Numbered from the stretch's first letter, positions 49,912-61,358 are shown. The stretch is DNA of 64,000 nt from an uncultured Gemmatimonadales bacterium (GCA_963798085.1 CAWCRS010000007.1:896001-960000); one strand, 5' to 3'. Notes: generated by a model not told the origin, from the sequence alone. A program made the numbers and translations.

Positions 49912-52388
49912 ATGGCATCGCTGATGCGGGACATTCGATATGCGCTGCGGCAGCTTGCGCGCGCCCCGGCTTTGCCGCGGTCGCCGATCCTTACGCTCGG
50001 TCTCGGGATCGGCGCGAACACGGCGATCTTCAGCGCCGTGAACGGGCTGCTGCTGCGGCCGCCCGGCGGCGTCGCGGATTTCGGTGCGCTCGTCTCCATC
50101 TACACGAGCGACTACAGCGGCCCGCCGTACGGCAATTCGCTCGCTGCCGGACGTCCGCGATTTCGGTGCAGGCACACCGGCGCTGTCGGGCGTCGGCAGC
50201 ATACACCGTTTCGCCTGTGGTCGCTCAGCGATGCTGAGCGGCAGCCGCGGCCGCCGAGATGGTGCTCGGACAGGTCGTGACGCCGAATTTCTTCACAGGT
50301 GCTCGGCGCCCGGCTCCGATTGCGGGTCGCTCATTCACGGGTGATGAAGGCTCGCCGGCCGGCCGCAACGATGTGGTCGTACTGGGCCACGAATTCTGGC
50401 AGACCATTTCCCGGGCGACCCGGCATCGTGGGCCGCGGCCGTGCGACTCGGCGGGCGTGCCCTTCACCGTGATCGGTGTCGCCGCCCCGCGAATTCCCGG
50501 GCTGTTGCCCGGACTTTCGCCCGCGTTCTTCGTGCCCGTCGGCGCGCCCGGCTGTCACGGAAGCCGGACATGCTTCGAGCAACGCGGCAGCCGCAGCTTC
50601 TTCACGTTCGGTCGGCTCGCCGGAGTGCGACACTCGAGCAGGCCGCGCCAGCTGCAGACGTGTCGCCGCCGCGCTGCACCAGCAGTACCCGCACGCATGG
50701 ACGGACATCCAGGACCAGCCGCGACGCGTCATCGGTGATTCCCGCGGCGCAGGCGACGGTTCCGCCGCAGCTGCGCGGTCCCGTGGCCGGCTTCGTCGCG
50801 CTGCTGATGGCCATCGTGGCCGGCGTTCTGCTGATCGGCTGCGTCAACATCGCGAACCTGCTTCTCGCGCGGGCGACGGGCCGGCGGCGCGAGATCGCGG
50901 TCCGCGTCGCCATCGGCGCCGGCCGCGGCCGGCTGATCCGCCAGCTGCTGACCGAGAGCATGGTGCTCGCCGCCCTCGGCGCGATCCTCGGCATGGTTCT
51001 GGCCGTGGCCGGGACACGTGCGCTGACTCTCGTCTCGCCAGCCTGCCCCTGCCCGTCACGGTGCGCCTCGACATTTCGCCCGACCTGCGCGTGCTCGGCT
51101 TCGCCGCCCTCGTCGCGCTCATCGCGGGCGCTGCTGTTCGGCCTGGCGCCCGCGCTGCTCTCGACTCGGCGCAGCCTCGCCGCCTCCATGCATCCGCGAG
51201 GATGAGGGCGGCCGAAGGCTCGGCCTGCGTGCCGTGCTGGCCGCGGGCCAGATCACCATCGCCATGGTTCTGCTCGTCGCTGGCGGACTGCTCGTCCGCA
51301 GCCTGCTGTCCGCGCAATCGATCGATCCCGGCTTCCGGCCCGACGGCCTGCTCTCCGTCAGCATCGCGATGGACGAAAACTCGAAGACGCCCGAGCAACG
51401 CGTCCTGTTCCAGCACGAGCTCGCCGAGCGGGTTCGCGGCCTGCCCGGGTGTCGCCGACGTCAGCTATGTCAGCTCATTACCGCTCAGCGCCGGCAACGG
51501 CCGCCGCTCCTTTGCGATCGAGGGGTACCGGCCGGCCGACAGCGAGGACATGGAGATCCACTGGAGCAATGCGGGCCCCAATTATTTCCGGACGATGGGA
51601 ACCGGTTGCTGCGAGCGGCCGCGAGTTCACGAGGCGGACGCACTGGACGCGCCGAGGACGGCGATCGTGAACGAGGCTTTCGCGCCACTACCTCGCCGGT
51701 CAGGATCCGGTCGGCAAACGGCTGGGCTCCGGTGGCGAATGCCCGCTCTCATCCGAGATCATGGTGTTGCAGAGACGGGCAAGTACGTGTCCCTCGGTGA
51801 GGAGCCGCTGCCGTTCGTCTGGCTGGCAGCCGACCAGCGACCACGCTGCTTCCTGACACTCGTCGTGCGCGGTCGGGCGGCGCCGGCGGCCCTGGCGCAG
51901 CCGATACGGCGACGTCATTGCGAACGTCGATCCCGATGCCGCCGTCACGACCGTCGCCCTCGCCGAACCAGCACTCGTCGTTCGCGCTGCTGCCGCAGAA
52001 GGTCGGTGCGCTGGATGCTCGGACTCTTCGGCCTGCTCGGCCTTGCCCTCGCCGCAATCGGCATCTATGGCGTCATGGCCTACGCCGTGAATCAGCGGAC
52101 GCGCGAGTTCGGCGTGCGGCTGGCGCTCGGTGCGAGCACTGCCAATGTCACATGGATGGTGGTGCGACAGGGAATGATCGTGGCCGCCATCGGCGGATTC
52201 ATCGGCCTTGCGCTCGCCGCCGCCGCAACTCGCCTGATGCGGTTCCTGCTGTTCGACATAAAGCCGCTCGATCCCCTGACGTTTGCCGCAGTGACGCGAT
52301 CGTTTTCGTCGTTGCACTGCTGTCGAACTGGCTGCCGGCGAGGCGGACGGCGCGCGTGGATCCGCTGCAGGCACTGCGATACGACTGA
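49912..52388 (+). pseudogene. ADOP-type (MacB/FtsX duplicated) ABC permease broken by many frameshifts; true pseudogene or low-quality sequence
   Basis: [108 protein letters not shown] scattered over all three frames. Confidence 0.8.
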
Positions 52389-52547
52389 GCCGGGCGGTAC
52401 CACTGTGTTGCACGGAGTGTGCGGGCGGCGCACCGCCGCCTCCGATGCGAATGCTGCCGGACGACGGCTGGCCGGTGGACAGCCTGCCGCTTCCCTGAAC
52501 AACGCGAAGGCGCTTCCGGGCGGAAGCGCCTCCGCGCCGGGTACGAC

Positions 52548-53738
52548 TCAGTTGATCGAGATGTGCACCACGACGTTCTCCGAAAACTTGTTGCTCGGCA
52601 GTCCGGAGAGCTGACCGGCGTTGAGCGTGATGATGCCGTAGTGCTCATCGCTGATCCGGTTCGCCGAAATCACCGTGTGCGGGATCGGTATCACTGCGCT
52701 GAATACGCTGATCCCCGGCGGGTGCGTCATCGACGGGGTTGTCGTCGTCGATGCCGTTGCCCGACAGCACGTTGTTGGTGATGACGTTCTGGTCCACGTA
52801 CTGCGCAGGCGTGTGGCTGTGGATCATGATGCCTGCGAAGCCGTTGTTTATCGCCGTGTTGCCGGAGACTTCGTTGCCCCACGCTGCGGCGCCGGGAGGC
52901 CCGGCGAACACGCCGATGCCCGGCCGCACCGTTGCCGTTGGAGGTGTTGTGCTGAACCTGTGTTGCGGTAGACGCCGGCCACGTCGGGACCCGCCGCCGC
53001 CACCGGATTGAACCAGTGCGAAGCCAGCGTGATGCCGCAGTCCAGCGTGTTGTTCAGCACCGTGTTGTCGCTGATCATGTTCCCGGATGTCGGCCCGTTC
53101 TCATCGGTCAGCAGAATGCCGCCAATGTTGTCCCGCACCAGGTTGTTGCGCACGATCGAGTTGGTCACGGTCTGCAGGTGCACCGCCTCGCCGCAATCGT
53201 CCGGCTGATTCACGCACGCCGGATTGAAGGGTCCGTATGTGTCGTTGTTGATCACGATGTTGTTGTCGATCGTGATGCGCGTGGTCTGCAACACGAAGAC
53301 GCCCTCGAGTCCTGCGTTCGTGATCGTGAACCCTGTCAGTTGCGAGCCCGCCGCGCCGGCTCCCGAGATCACCACGCCGTTCGGCGGTGCCGATTGCCCG
53401 GCCGCATCGATCGTCGCGTTGTGCCCCACGAGTGTGAGCCGCTTGGTCACGTTCACGGACTCGTGGTACGTGCCTGGCCCGACGGAAATCACGTCGCCGG
53501 CGTCCGCCTGGCTGATGGCGTAATTGATTGTCAGGCAGGCGGACTCGCTGCACCTGTGCACATCCGCACCGGTGGGCGAGACGTAACGCGTCCGGCCGGA
53601 CGAATTCACCTTGTCGAACGCAATGGCATCCGGTGCCAGCACTGACGGCGCTTTTTCGCCGCACGCGGAAAGGAGAGGAATCAGGAAGAGCAGGGACAGA
53701 CCTGAAGCAAGACGCGTATGGAGCCGTGGAGCGATCAT
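52548..53738 (-). CDS. Right-handed parallel beta-helix repeat lipoprotein, apparent +1 indels near 52957 and 52715
   Basis: AAGGAGG RBS, lipobox LSAC, YVSPTGAD..CLTINYAI..AGDVISVGPGTY, many Asn-ladder repeats (NNLVRDN, DNTVLNN, NNVLSGNG). Confidence 0.8.
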
Positions 53739-53919
53739 CGCTCCCTCCTTGGAAGGCTGTGGTCCGTCGAACGAAATGCGGGGATCGGAAGCTATCCGCC
53801 CGACGTACGCGCTACAAGGGCGCCGACCATCTGTGCGTAAAAGCGAATTGTCTTGATTGTGCGCAGCTGCCGGCGCTTCCGCGACCCGGAGGGCTGGCGC
53901 ACGTGGCCGCGCTCCTGCT

Positions 53920-54780
53920 TCAGGTGCCCAGACGTCGCAGCTCCGCTTCCGATGCAATGAACCCGAACGCCGGCCAGCCGCCTGAGGCCACCGCCGACTG
54001 AAACGCCGCACGGGCCTGCGTGGTGTCGCCGTGCAGCAGGTACCAGTTGCCCAGCCCGTACTTCAGCGTGGCCACCTGGATGTCCTGCGTGTCTGCCGGC
54101 GTAATGAGCTGTTCGGGTGTGATGCGGCCGCGGTACAGCTGGATGCGGCGCGTGTAGGCGTTGGTCTCCGGGATCGAATCGCTGTTGCGATCGAGCCAGG
54201 CTTTCGCGTCTGCGGTACGGCCCGCCCGTGAGAGTGACATCCAGCCCCAGTCGATGGAGCCGGCGTGCTCCTCCGGATTGGGCGCCAGGGGCAACGCGTG
54301 CGCGAACGCATCGGCCGCGCCCGCGAAGTCGGCGGTCACGTACTTCACCACGCCCAGGTGGTACCAGCAGCCGTACAGTGTGGAGTCGAGCCGCAGTCCA
54401 TGCTCGAGGTCGGCCCGCGCACTATCCAGCTGCCGCACCGACAGGTAGCGGTGTCCCCGCCACCGGTAGAGGATGCCGCTGTCCGGCGCAATCGCGATTG
54501 CGCGCGTGAACGTGGCGATGGCCTCGCGGTACGCACGAATCCCCGCCTGCGCGAGGCCCAGCTGCAACAGCTTCTGCGCATTGCGCGGGTCCGCCGTGAC
54601 CGCGGAGTCCGCGCGTGCCACGGCTCCCGTGTCCGCCTGCGCCAGGTATTCGACGCCCGCCGGCGAGCGGTACTCCACCACCGAAGCCGACTGGTCCGAT
54701 TGCGCCGGAGAGCAGCCGGTAGACAGCAGCTGCGTCGTCGCAAGCAATCCTGCACTCAGGAAGGCGTTCCTCACGCGCAT
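53920..54780 (-). CDS. TPR-repeat lipoprotein
   Basis: Lipobox STGC; TPR segments YREAIATFTRAI, YRWRGHRYLS, WYHLGVVKY, YGLGNWYL; WPAFGFIASE. Confidence 0.8.
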   Translation of the reverse strand: MRVRNAFLSAGLLATTQLLSTGCSPAQSDQSASVVEYRSPAGVEYLAQADTGAVARADSAVTADPRNAQKLLQLGLAQAGIRAYREAIATFTRAIAIAPDSGILYRWRGHRYLSVRQLDSARADLEHGLRLDSTLYGCWYHLGVVKYVTADFAGAADAFAHALPLAPNPEEHAGSIDWGWMSLSRAGRTADAKAWLDRNSDSIPETNAYTRRIQLYRGRITPEQLITPADTQDIQVATLKYGLGNWYLLHGDTTQARAAFQSAVASGGWPAFGFIASEAELRRLGT

Positions 54781-54984
54781 GGCTCCGGCTCCGCCTGATG
54801 GATGTGAAAGGTGTTGTTCCCGCTTCGTGAAGCGCGTCCAGCGCTTCCTGTCAGATAGCTCGCCGACGGGCACGCCGCAATGCGCGCCCAGGCCTTCCCG
54901 ACCGACGACGGCCGTTCCGCCGGAACCATAATCCTGCCCCACTTCTCTGTCCCCGTCGTTGCGCCCGCCTGAAGTAGCGGGGTT

Positions 54985-55005
54985 CCCCAGCCCCAGCCCC
55001 AGCCC
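54985..55005. repeat. (CCCCAG)3-CCC microsatellite, four G-tracts on the minus strand
   Basis: Read directly: ccccagccccagccccagccc. Confidence 0.6.
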
Positions 55006-55160
55006 GAAAACACACATGACGCACTTGTGATTCCCGAATGATGGCGCCACGGCATCGTGCGACACGGCGGCCGCGGTCCCGAAGCGCTTCGAGCCGCCGC
55101 CACCGCCGCTTTCCGGCGCTTGCACACGCGGAGAGCTTGTCCCTCGAGCGGGAGTGCGTC

Positions 55161-56429
55161 ATGCGCAGACATCGACCGGACGGATCCGCCGCCATCATCG
55201 CGACGCTCATCGCGGCCGCAGCGTGCAGTGGCGGCGGCCCGACTGTGCCACCGCCCACGCAGCGGATCGCGGCCATCCAGATCACACCAGACCCGCTCGA
55301 TCTGCTCGTGAGCGAAAGTGGCACGGTCACCGCCATTGCCCTCGACAGCATCGGCAACCGAATGCCGAGCGTCACCTTCACGTGGTCCATCGCCAACACC
55401 GGGATTGCGAGCGTGAACACCAGCGGCCTGGTCACCGGGGTCTCGCCCGGCACTACCAGTGTCACCGCAAAGTCGGGGAACACCACGGGGCAGGGGACCG
55501 TGAACGTGCGGCAGCTTTCGCCGTTGCGCATGGAGATCCAACCCGACATCGACTCCGTCATGGTGGGTGGCACGCTTCAATATTCCGTCGTCGTCCGTGA
55601 CGGCAGTGGTGCCATCATCGCCCCGCCGCCGCCGGTGACGTGGAGCTCCAGCGACACGCACGTCGCTACGATCGACGCCAACGGCAAGGCCACCGGTCTG
55701 GCAACGGGATACGCGCTGATCGATGCGCACGGCGCGACACTCAGCGCTGATTTCCCGGCCTTTCTCGGCGTCTACACAGGTCTCTGCGGCAACATCATGC
55801 AGGTCCCCGCATTCAGCTCGACGTTCCATATCAACTGGGCGCAGGGCACCACCGTGAACGGTCTGCTGATCCAGGCCGAGCACGCCATGGATATCCAGGT
55901 CGACCTGGTAATGACCACGCCGGGCATACCGCACTGGGAGGCGAATCCTGCGGGTACGGGCAAGATCAACGACAGCGAGACGGAGAAGAATCCCCCGGGG
56001 CGCAAGGCCACCATCGTCGGTGCCGGTAATCTCCCGCCCGCGAGCAATGGTCTGGGACCGGTGCTGGCGCTCGATGTCGACCTGACGAACTGCTGGTACC
56101 GGTTCAACGGCACGCCCTGGTTGAAGGACGTCGACTACACCGATTTCAGCGGTGCAACGCAGACGTATCCGTCGGCGATCGGCACCTTCAACTCAGGCTG
56201 GCTGGACATCCCGCTCCACTGGCGCACGTCCGGCGGACTCAGCGACAACACGAACCTGACCGGCTTCCCCGCGCATAGCGTGTTATGGCTGGTCTCCGAC
56301 ACCGCGAACGTCAACAGCGCCTCCTACATCCCGTCCGGCTACGGCGCCCTGATGTGGGGTGCCCAGGCTGGAAAGGGGGAGGCGGCGCTGGGCCTGGCTA
56401 GCACGAACTGGATCATCATTCCCAAATGA
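55161..56429 (+). CDS. Lipoprotein with two bacterial Ig-like (Big_2) domains
   Basis: Lipobox AAAC-SGG; TWSIANTGIASVNTSGLVTGVSPG and TWSSSDTHVATIDANGKATG. Confidence 0.85.
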   Translation: MRRHRPDGSAAIIATLIAAAACSGGGPTVPPPTQRIAAIQITPDPLDLLVSESGTVTAIALDSIGNRMPSVTFTWSIANTGIASVNTSGLVTGVSPGTTSVTAKSGNTTGQGTVNVRQLSPLRMEIQPDIDSVMVGGTLQYSVVVRDGSGAIIAPPPPVTWSSSDTHVATIDANGKATGLATGYALIDAHGATLSADFPAFLGVYTGLCGNIMQVPAFSSTFHINWAQGTTVNGLLIQAEHAMDIQVDLVMTTPGIPHWEANPAGTGKINDSETEKNPPGRKATIVGAGNLPPASNGLGPVLALDVDLTNCWYRFNGTPWLKDVDYTDFSGATQTYPSAIGTFNSGWLDIPLHWRTSGGLSDNTNLTGFPAHSVLWLVSDTANVNSASYIPSGYGALMWGAQAGKGEAALGLASTNWIIIPK

Positions 56430-56455
56430 CCCGGCGGTCAGCGGGCTCGTGAGGA

Positions 56456-59131
56456 TCAATTGCCGGAGGAGCCGGCACGACGGCCGGCCGCGCTGTCGGC
56501 CAGCTCCGCGCGGAAGCGGGCCGCCTGCTCCGGCGCCTTCAGCGAGTCGTACAACATGACCAGGTCTGTGCGTGCCGACTTCAGCCAGCTGACCGAGGGA
56601 TTGGACTGCCGGCTCAGGATGTCGTAGCCGGCGCGCGACTCGACTTCGGCCTCGGCAAAGCGAGCTTCGTGCAGCAGCGTGCGTCCGAGTTTGATGCGCG
56701 CAATGGCCGTGTTCATGTTGTCCGCTGAGAGCGCCTGCGTCAGTAACGCGATGGCGTTGCGGAATAGTGCCTCGGCGCGTGTGTACTGCTTCTCGGCCAG
56801 CAGTACGCTCGCCAGATTCGATGTCGCCACACCCACCAGATAGTGGCGATCGCCGTACACGCTGCGCTCGATCGCAATCATGCGCGTGAACGCCGACTCC
56901 GCCGCCGCGAAATCGTCCCGCTGCAGCGCCGCGTTGCCCAGCTCGTTGAGCGCCGAAGCCACGCGCGGATGCGCATTGCCGTACACGCGCTGCTGAATCG
57001 CCAGCGAGCGGCGCAGCATGACGACGGCCTCGTCCTGCCGCCTCTCGAACAGCAGCGCCCTCGCCAGCAGGGTCAGCGCCGAAGCCGTTTCCGGATGGTC
57101 CTCCCCGTAATACGCCGTTATCATGTCCAGCGCCTGCCGGTCGTACTTCTCCGCCTCCGCGTAGTTGCCCCGCTGGAACTGGCTGGCGCCCAGGTTGATG
57201 AGGCCGTCCGCGATCAGCGGGTGCCGCTCGCCGTACCACCGCCGGTTCATGGCCAGCACCACGCGGTTGAGCGAATCCGAGACATCCAGATTGCCCGCGT
57301 AGAAGTTGACATTGGCCAGCTCGCTGAGACTGCTGGAGAGATCCGCGCTGCCCGGCTGCCCGGCGCTCTGCAGGCGCACCGCCTCCTGCAGCACGGCGGC
57401 GGCGCTGTCGTACACGCCGCGCTCCTCCAGCACGCGGCCCAGCGCGTTCAGCCCGCGCGCAATCGCCGGATGACCCGGATCCAGCCGACGACGCTCCACC
57501 GCGAGGCCGTCCCGGATCAGCTGCTCCGCTTCGTCCAGATTCGCCTGGTCCAGCCGCACCAGGCCCAGCGCTATCAGGCTGTTAGCCGTCTCCGGCGCAT
57601 CTCCGCCCAGCACCCGGCGCCGCTGCGCCAGCGCCACGCCGATCAGCGAGTCCGCGCGCTCCATGTGGCCCAGCTTCTGGTAGATGCCACCCAGTGTCTG
57701 GTACACTTCGGCCTGCCGCGCCGGATCGCCATCCAGTACGCTCGCCTGCTGCAGCCCGCGGTCCAGCAGCGTGATGACGCGCAGCGTGTCCGCCGGCCCC
57801 ACGGCCTCGTCGCCGCCCTGGAACAGGTTCAGCATGAACGCCTGGATGCGCTGCGTGCGTGCGGCTTCTGTCAGTGCGTTGTCCCGCGCGCGCGCCAGCC
57901 GCAGCGTGTAGAACGCAACCAGCCCGACGATTGCCACCAGCACGACCGCAGCCATGCTGACCGCGCGCCAGTTCCGGCGCAGGAACTTGCCCGCCCGATA
58001 GCTCGCGGAATCCGCCCTCGCCTCCAGCGGCTGCTGCTTCAGGTAGTGGTCCAGATCGCGCGCCAGCGCTTCCACCGTGCGATAGCGACGCAGCGGATCC
58101 TTGTGCATTGCCGTGAGGCAGAGCACATCCAGGTCGGTCCAGCCCGCACCCTGCAGCACAGGCGTGCGACCTGTTGCATTCGGGTCGCGCATCCGGTGGG
58201 CCGCGACCGATGGCCGCTCCGGATCCTGATCCAGGATCGCGGCTTCCACCTGGCCCGGCGTGCGATTCGAGAGATCGAAAGGCAGCCGGCCCGTCAGCAG
58301 CTCGTAGAGAATCACGCCCAGTGCGTAGACGTCCGTGTGCAGACCGACCGGCTCCCCACGCACCTGTTCCGGCGCCGCGTACGCGGGCGTCATCAGCCGG
58401 AACCCCGTCTGTGTCGGATCGACGGGCGAGTCCAGGCCCTCCAGCTGCTTCGATATGCCGAAGTCCAGCAGCTTCACGGCGCCATCGGCAGTGACCAGGA
58501 TGTTCGAGGGCTTGAGATCCCGGTGGATGATCGTCTGCCGGTGCGCGTGCTGCACGGCGTCGCAGATCTCGCGGAACAGACGAAGTCGCTCGGGAATCGT
58601 GGGCAGGTGCGCGCTGCAGTACTCCGTCAGCGGCACGCCCTCCACGTATTCCATGACGAAGTACGGCGTGCCGTCCGGCAGCACGTCGGCATCGTAGAGC
58701 CGCGCGATCGAAGGGTGATTCAGCTGGGCGAGGGTGCGCTGCTCGCTCGCGAAGCGTTCGCGCCGCGTCGGCGAGAGCCAGGCGTCGCGCAGGATCTTGA
58801 TGGCCACGCGATTGCCCAGATCCTCACGCTCCGCCAGGTACACGACACCCATGCCACCGTGGCCCAGCAGCGTGAGGATACGATACGGCCCGATCCGCGG
58901 CGGTACGGTGTTGGACGGGCCCAGCAGGTCCGACGCCACCTGCCCGAGAGGGCGGTCGAGCAGGGAACTGCCGCGCTCGTCTTCCGTGAGCAGCGCCTGT
59001 ACCTGCGCCCGCACATCCGGCTCGCTGGCGCACTCCGCCTCGAGGAACGCCGCACGCTCCGACGCCGGAAGCGCCAGGGCGGCGTGGAACAGCGACTGGA
59101 TGCGATTCCAGCGGACGGCGGGATCGTCCAT
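56456..59131 (-). CDS. Hanks-type Ser/Thr protein kinase with TM segment and C-terminal TPR array
   Basis: LGHGGMGVVY, VAIK, HRDLKPSN, LLDFG, TPAYAAPEQ, DVYALG; TM AAVVLVAIVGLVAFY; many HP..A..L..LG TPRs. Confidence 0.95.
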   Translation of the reverse strand: MDDPAVRWNRIQSLFHAALALPASERAAFLEAECASEPDVRAQVQALLTEDERGSSLLDRPLGQVASDLLGPSNTVPPRIGPYRILTLLGHGGMGVVYLAEREDLGNRVAIKILRDAWLSPTRRERFASEQRTLAQLNHPSIARLYDADVLPDGTPYFVMEYVEGVPLTEYCSAHLPTIPERLRLFREICDAVQHAHRQTIIHRDLKPSNILVTADGAVKLLDFGISKQLEGLDSPVDPTQTGFRLMTPAYAAPEQVRGEPVGLHTDVYALGVILYELLTGRLPFDLSNRTPGQVEAAILDQDPERPSVAAHRMRDPNATGRTPVLQGAGWTDLDVLCLTAMHKDPLRRYRTVEALARDLDHYLKQQPLEARADSASYRAGKFLRRNWRAVSMAAVVLVAIVGLVAFYTLRLARARDNALTEAARTQRIQAFMLNLFQGGDEAVGPADTLRVITLLDRGLQQASVLDGDPARQAEVYQTLGGIYQKLGHMERADSLIGVALAQRRRVLGGDAPETANSLIALGLVRLDQANLDEAEQLIRDGLAVERRRLDPGHPAIARGLNALGRVLEERGVYDSAAAVLQEAVRLQSAGQPGSADLSSSLSELANVNFYAGNLDVSDSLNRVVLAMNRRWYGERHPLIADGLINLGASQFQRGNYAEAEKYDRQALDMITAYYGEDHPETASALTLLARALLFERRQDEAVVMLRRSLAIQQRVYGNAHPRVASALNELGNAALQRDDFAAAESAFTRMIAIERSVYGDRHYLVGVATSNLASVLLAEKQYTRAEALFRNAIALLTQALSADNMNTAIARIKLGRTLLHEARFAEAEVESRAGYDILSRQSNPSVSWLKSARTDLVMLYDSLKAPEQAARFRAELADSAAGRRAGSSGN

Positions 59132-59157
59132 GAAGTCCTGCGAACGGGGAGTGCGGC

Positions 59158-59679
59158 CTACTGCGTGCGACGCAGTTCCAGCGACAGCCAGGCCTTGGCC
59201 GCTCGCCAGTCACGCACAATGGTGGATTCTGACACTTCCAGCAACGCGGCGGTTTCATTGAGATCGAGCCCGCCGAAGAACCGGTACTCGACCATCATGG
59301 CCTGGCGAGGGTTCAGGCGCGCCAGCTCCTCGAGCGCCGCATCCAGAGCCAGCACGTCGGAGGATGAAGCATCGGCGGCGTTGAGGCCTTCGTCGAATGT
59401 GACGATGGCGTATGATCCGCCGCGCTTCTGCGCTTTGCGCCGTCGTGCCGCCTCGATCAGCACCTGGCGCATGGCGCGCGCCGCAATGCGCTTGAAATGC
59501 AGCTGCGATTCCGGTGTGAGGCGCAGCGAACCCGACAGCTTCACGTACGCTTCATTCACCAGCGCGGTCGGATTCAGCGTCTCGCTCGGATCGTCGCGCC
59601 GGACCCGTGACGCCAGCCGGCGCAACTCTTCGTACGTCGCGCTGAACAGCTGGTCGAGCGCCCCTTTTTCCTCTCGCAT
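59158..59679 (-). CDS. ECF sigma factor, TIGR02999 family (kinase-associated)
   Basis: YEELRRLA, TLNPTALVNEAY, AARAMRQVLIEAARRRKAQKRGG, FFGGL, TIVRDWRAAKAWL. Confidence 0.92.
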   Translation of the reverse strand: MREEKGALDQLFSATYEELRRLASRVRRDDPSETLNPTALVNEAYVKLSGSLRLTPESQLHFKRIAARAMRQVLIEAARRRKAQKRGGSYAIVTFDEGLNAADASSSDVLALDAALEELARLNPRQAMMVEYRFFGGLDLNETAALLEVSESTIVRDWRAAKAWLSLELRRTQ

Positions 59680-59984
59680 CGCGGTTTTTCCCTGCCCGTC
59701 GCGCCGGTGTTGAGAGTCGCGCCCGGTTGAGCGGGTGGGGTCGCGCATTGTCCGAGGAACCTCGTGACAGGCCGACCTGGTCGAGCAACCCCCGTTCCCG
59801 TGGACATCTCCAGGGCATCCATTCGCCGAGTCGCAATTTCCGCGCAAACGGCAGTCCGTACAAGAGCGGGGTTTCCCCGACTCCTCCCGGCTTCATCACA
59901 ACCGCCTCGCCGACTGTTGGGACGCCGCGCCAGCACGCTACCTTCTGCCCGTACGCCGCCCATAGCCCGAGAGGACAGGGATCG

Positions 59985-61328
59985 ATGTCCGTTGCAGCCA
60001 GGCGACTGCCACCGGGACCGCCCGGCCGCCCGCTCGTGGGCAATCTCCCCGAATTCGCCGCCGATGTGCTCGGCTTCTTCACCCGATCCGCGCGCCAGTA
60101 CGGCAATGTCGTGCGCCTCCGTTTCGGCCCGCGCATCGGCTACCTGCTCAGTGATCCCGCCGACATCGACGAGGTCCTCATCGGCCAGCAGCGCAACTTC
60201 GTCAAACATTCCTGGTTCTGGCGACACGTCACCGCCGTGTTCGGGCAGGGACTTCTCACCGCCGAAGGTGAGCCGTGGCTGCGCCAGCGGCGGCTCATCC
60301 AGCCCGCGTTCCACCGCGACCGCATCGCGGGCTACGGCGAAGCCATGGTGGAGGCGACCGAACGCATGCTCGACGCGTGGCGCCCGGGCGACCTGCGTGA
60401 CATCCACGCTGAGATGATGGCGCTCACCATGCGCATCGTGGCCCGCGTCCTGTTCGCCGCCGATGTGGATGCCGATGTGGCGCGTGTCGAGTCCGCGTTC
60501 GACGAGGCGCTCTACGAGATCGCACTGCGCTTCCGCCGGCCGTTCCGCATCCCGGACTTCGTCCCCACGCCCGGCAACCTGCGCTACGCCCGCGCCGTGC
60601 GCCGCCTGGACGAACTCGTGTACCGCTTCATGCGCGAACACCAGGAGCATCCAGGCGATGGTAACGACCTGTTAGCAAGGCTGCTGGCCACGCGCGGCGA
60701 GGACGGCAGGCCCATGCCCGGAAAGCAGGTCCGCGACGAAGCCGTGACCCTGCTGCTCGCCGGTCACGAGACGACCGCGCTTACGTTGTCCTGGACGTTC
60801 GCCCTGCTCTCCCGCCACCCGCAGGCCGCGCGGCGCCTGCAGGCCGAGCTGGCCACAGTCATCGGCGAGCGCGCACCGACGCCCGCGGATGCGGCCAGGC
60901 TGCCTTTCACGGAAGCCGTGATCAACGAGTCGCTGCGCCTCTATCCGCCCGCGTACACGATCGGCCGCGAAGCGCTGCGACGTTGCACCATACACGGGTA
61001 CGAGGTGCCCGCTGGCACCACGCTCTTCATCAGCGCATGGGTGGTGCACCGCGATCCGCGGCGTTTCACGGATCCGGACGAGTTCCGGCCCGAGCGCTGG
61101 CTCGACGGGCTGGCCGAGCGCCTGCCACGCAGCGCCTGGCTGCCCTTCGGCGGCGGTCCTCGCCTCTGCATTGGCAGCCGCTTCGCCATGCTGGAAGCCA
61201 TGCTGCTGCTTGCGACCATCGCCCGCCGCTTCCAGCTGCACCTCGAGCCGGATCGCTTTCCCACGCCGTTCCCAACCGTCACCTTGCGACCCCGGAGCGG
61301 CGTTCCCATGCGGCTGTCCGCCGCGTGA
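59985..61328 (+). CDS. Cytochrome P450
   Basis: PPGPPG, I-helix AGHETT, K-helix ESLR, PERW, heme loop PFGGGPRLCIG. Confidence 0.95.
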   Translation: MSVAARRLPPGPPGRPLVGNLPEFAADVLGFFTRSARQYGNVVRLRFGPRIGYLLSDPADIDEVLIGQQRNFVKHSWFWRHVTAVFGQGLLTAEGEPWLRQRRLIQPAFHRDRIAGYGEAMVEATERMLDAWRPGDLRDIHAEMMALTMRIVARVLFAADVDADVARVESAFDEALYEIALRFRRPFRIPDFVPTPGNLRYARAVRRLDELVYRFMREHQEHPGDGNDLLARLLATRGEDGRPMPGKQVRDEAVTLLLAGHETTALTLSWTFALLSRHPQAARRLQAELATVIGERAPTPADAARLPFTEAVINESLRLYPPAYTIGREALRRCTIHGYEVPAGTTLFISAWVVHRDPRRFTDPDEFRPERWLDGLAERLPRSAWLPFGGGPRLCIGSRFAMLEAMLLLATIARRFQLHLEPDRFPTPFPTVTLRPRSGVPMRLSAA

Positions 61329-61358
61329 TTTCACGGCTACCGCAGGCAAGAGAGAGCC

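Noticed and set aside
56843..59713. 956-aa plus-strand ORF and similar long antisense ORFs (8562..10373, 46007..48148, 60672..62183)
   Set aside because: Stop-poor shadow frames expected at high GC, opposite well-supported genes, with no domain motifs.
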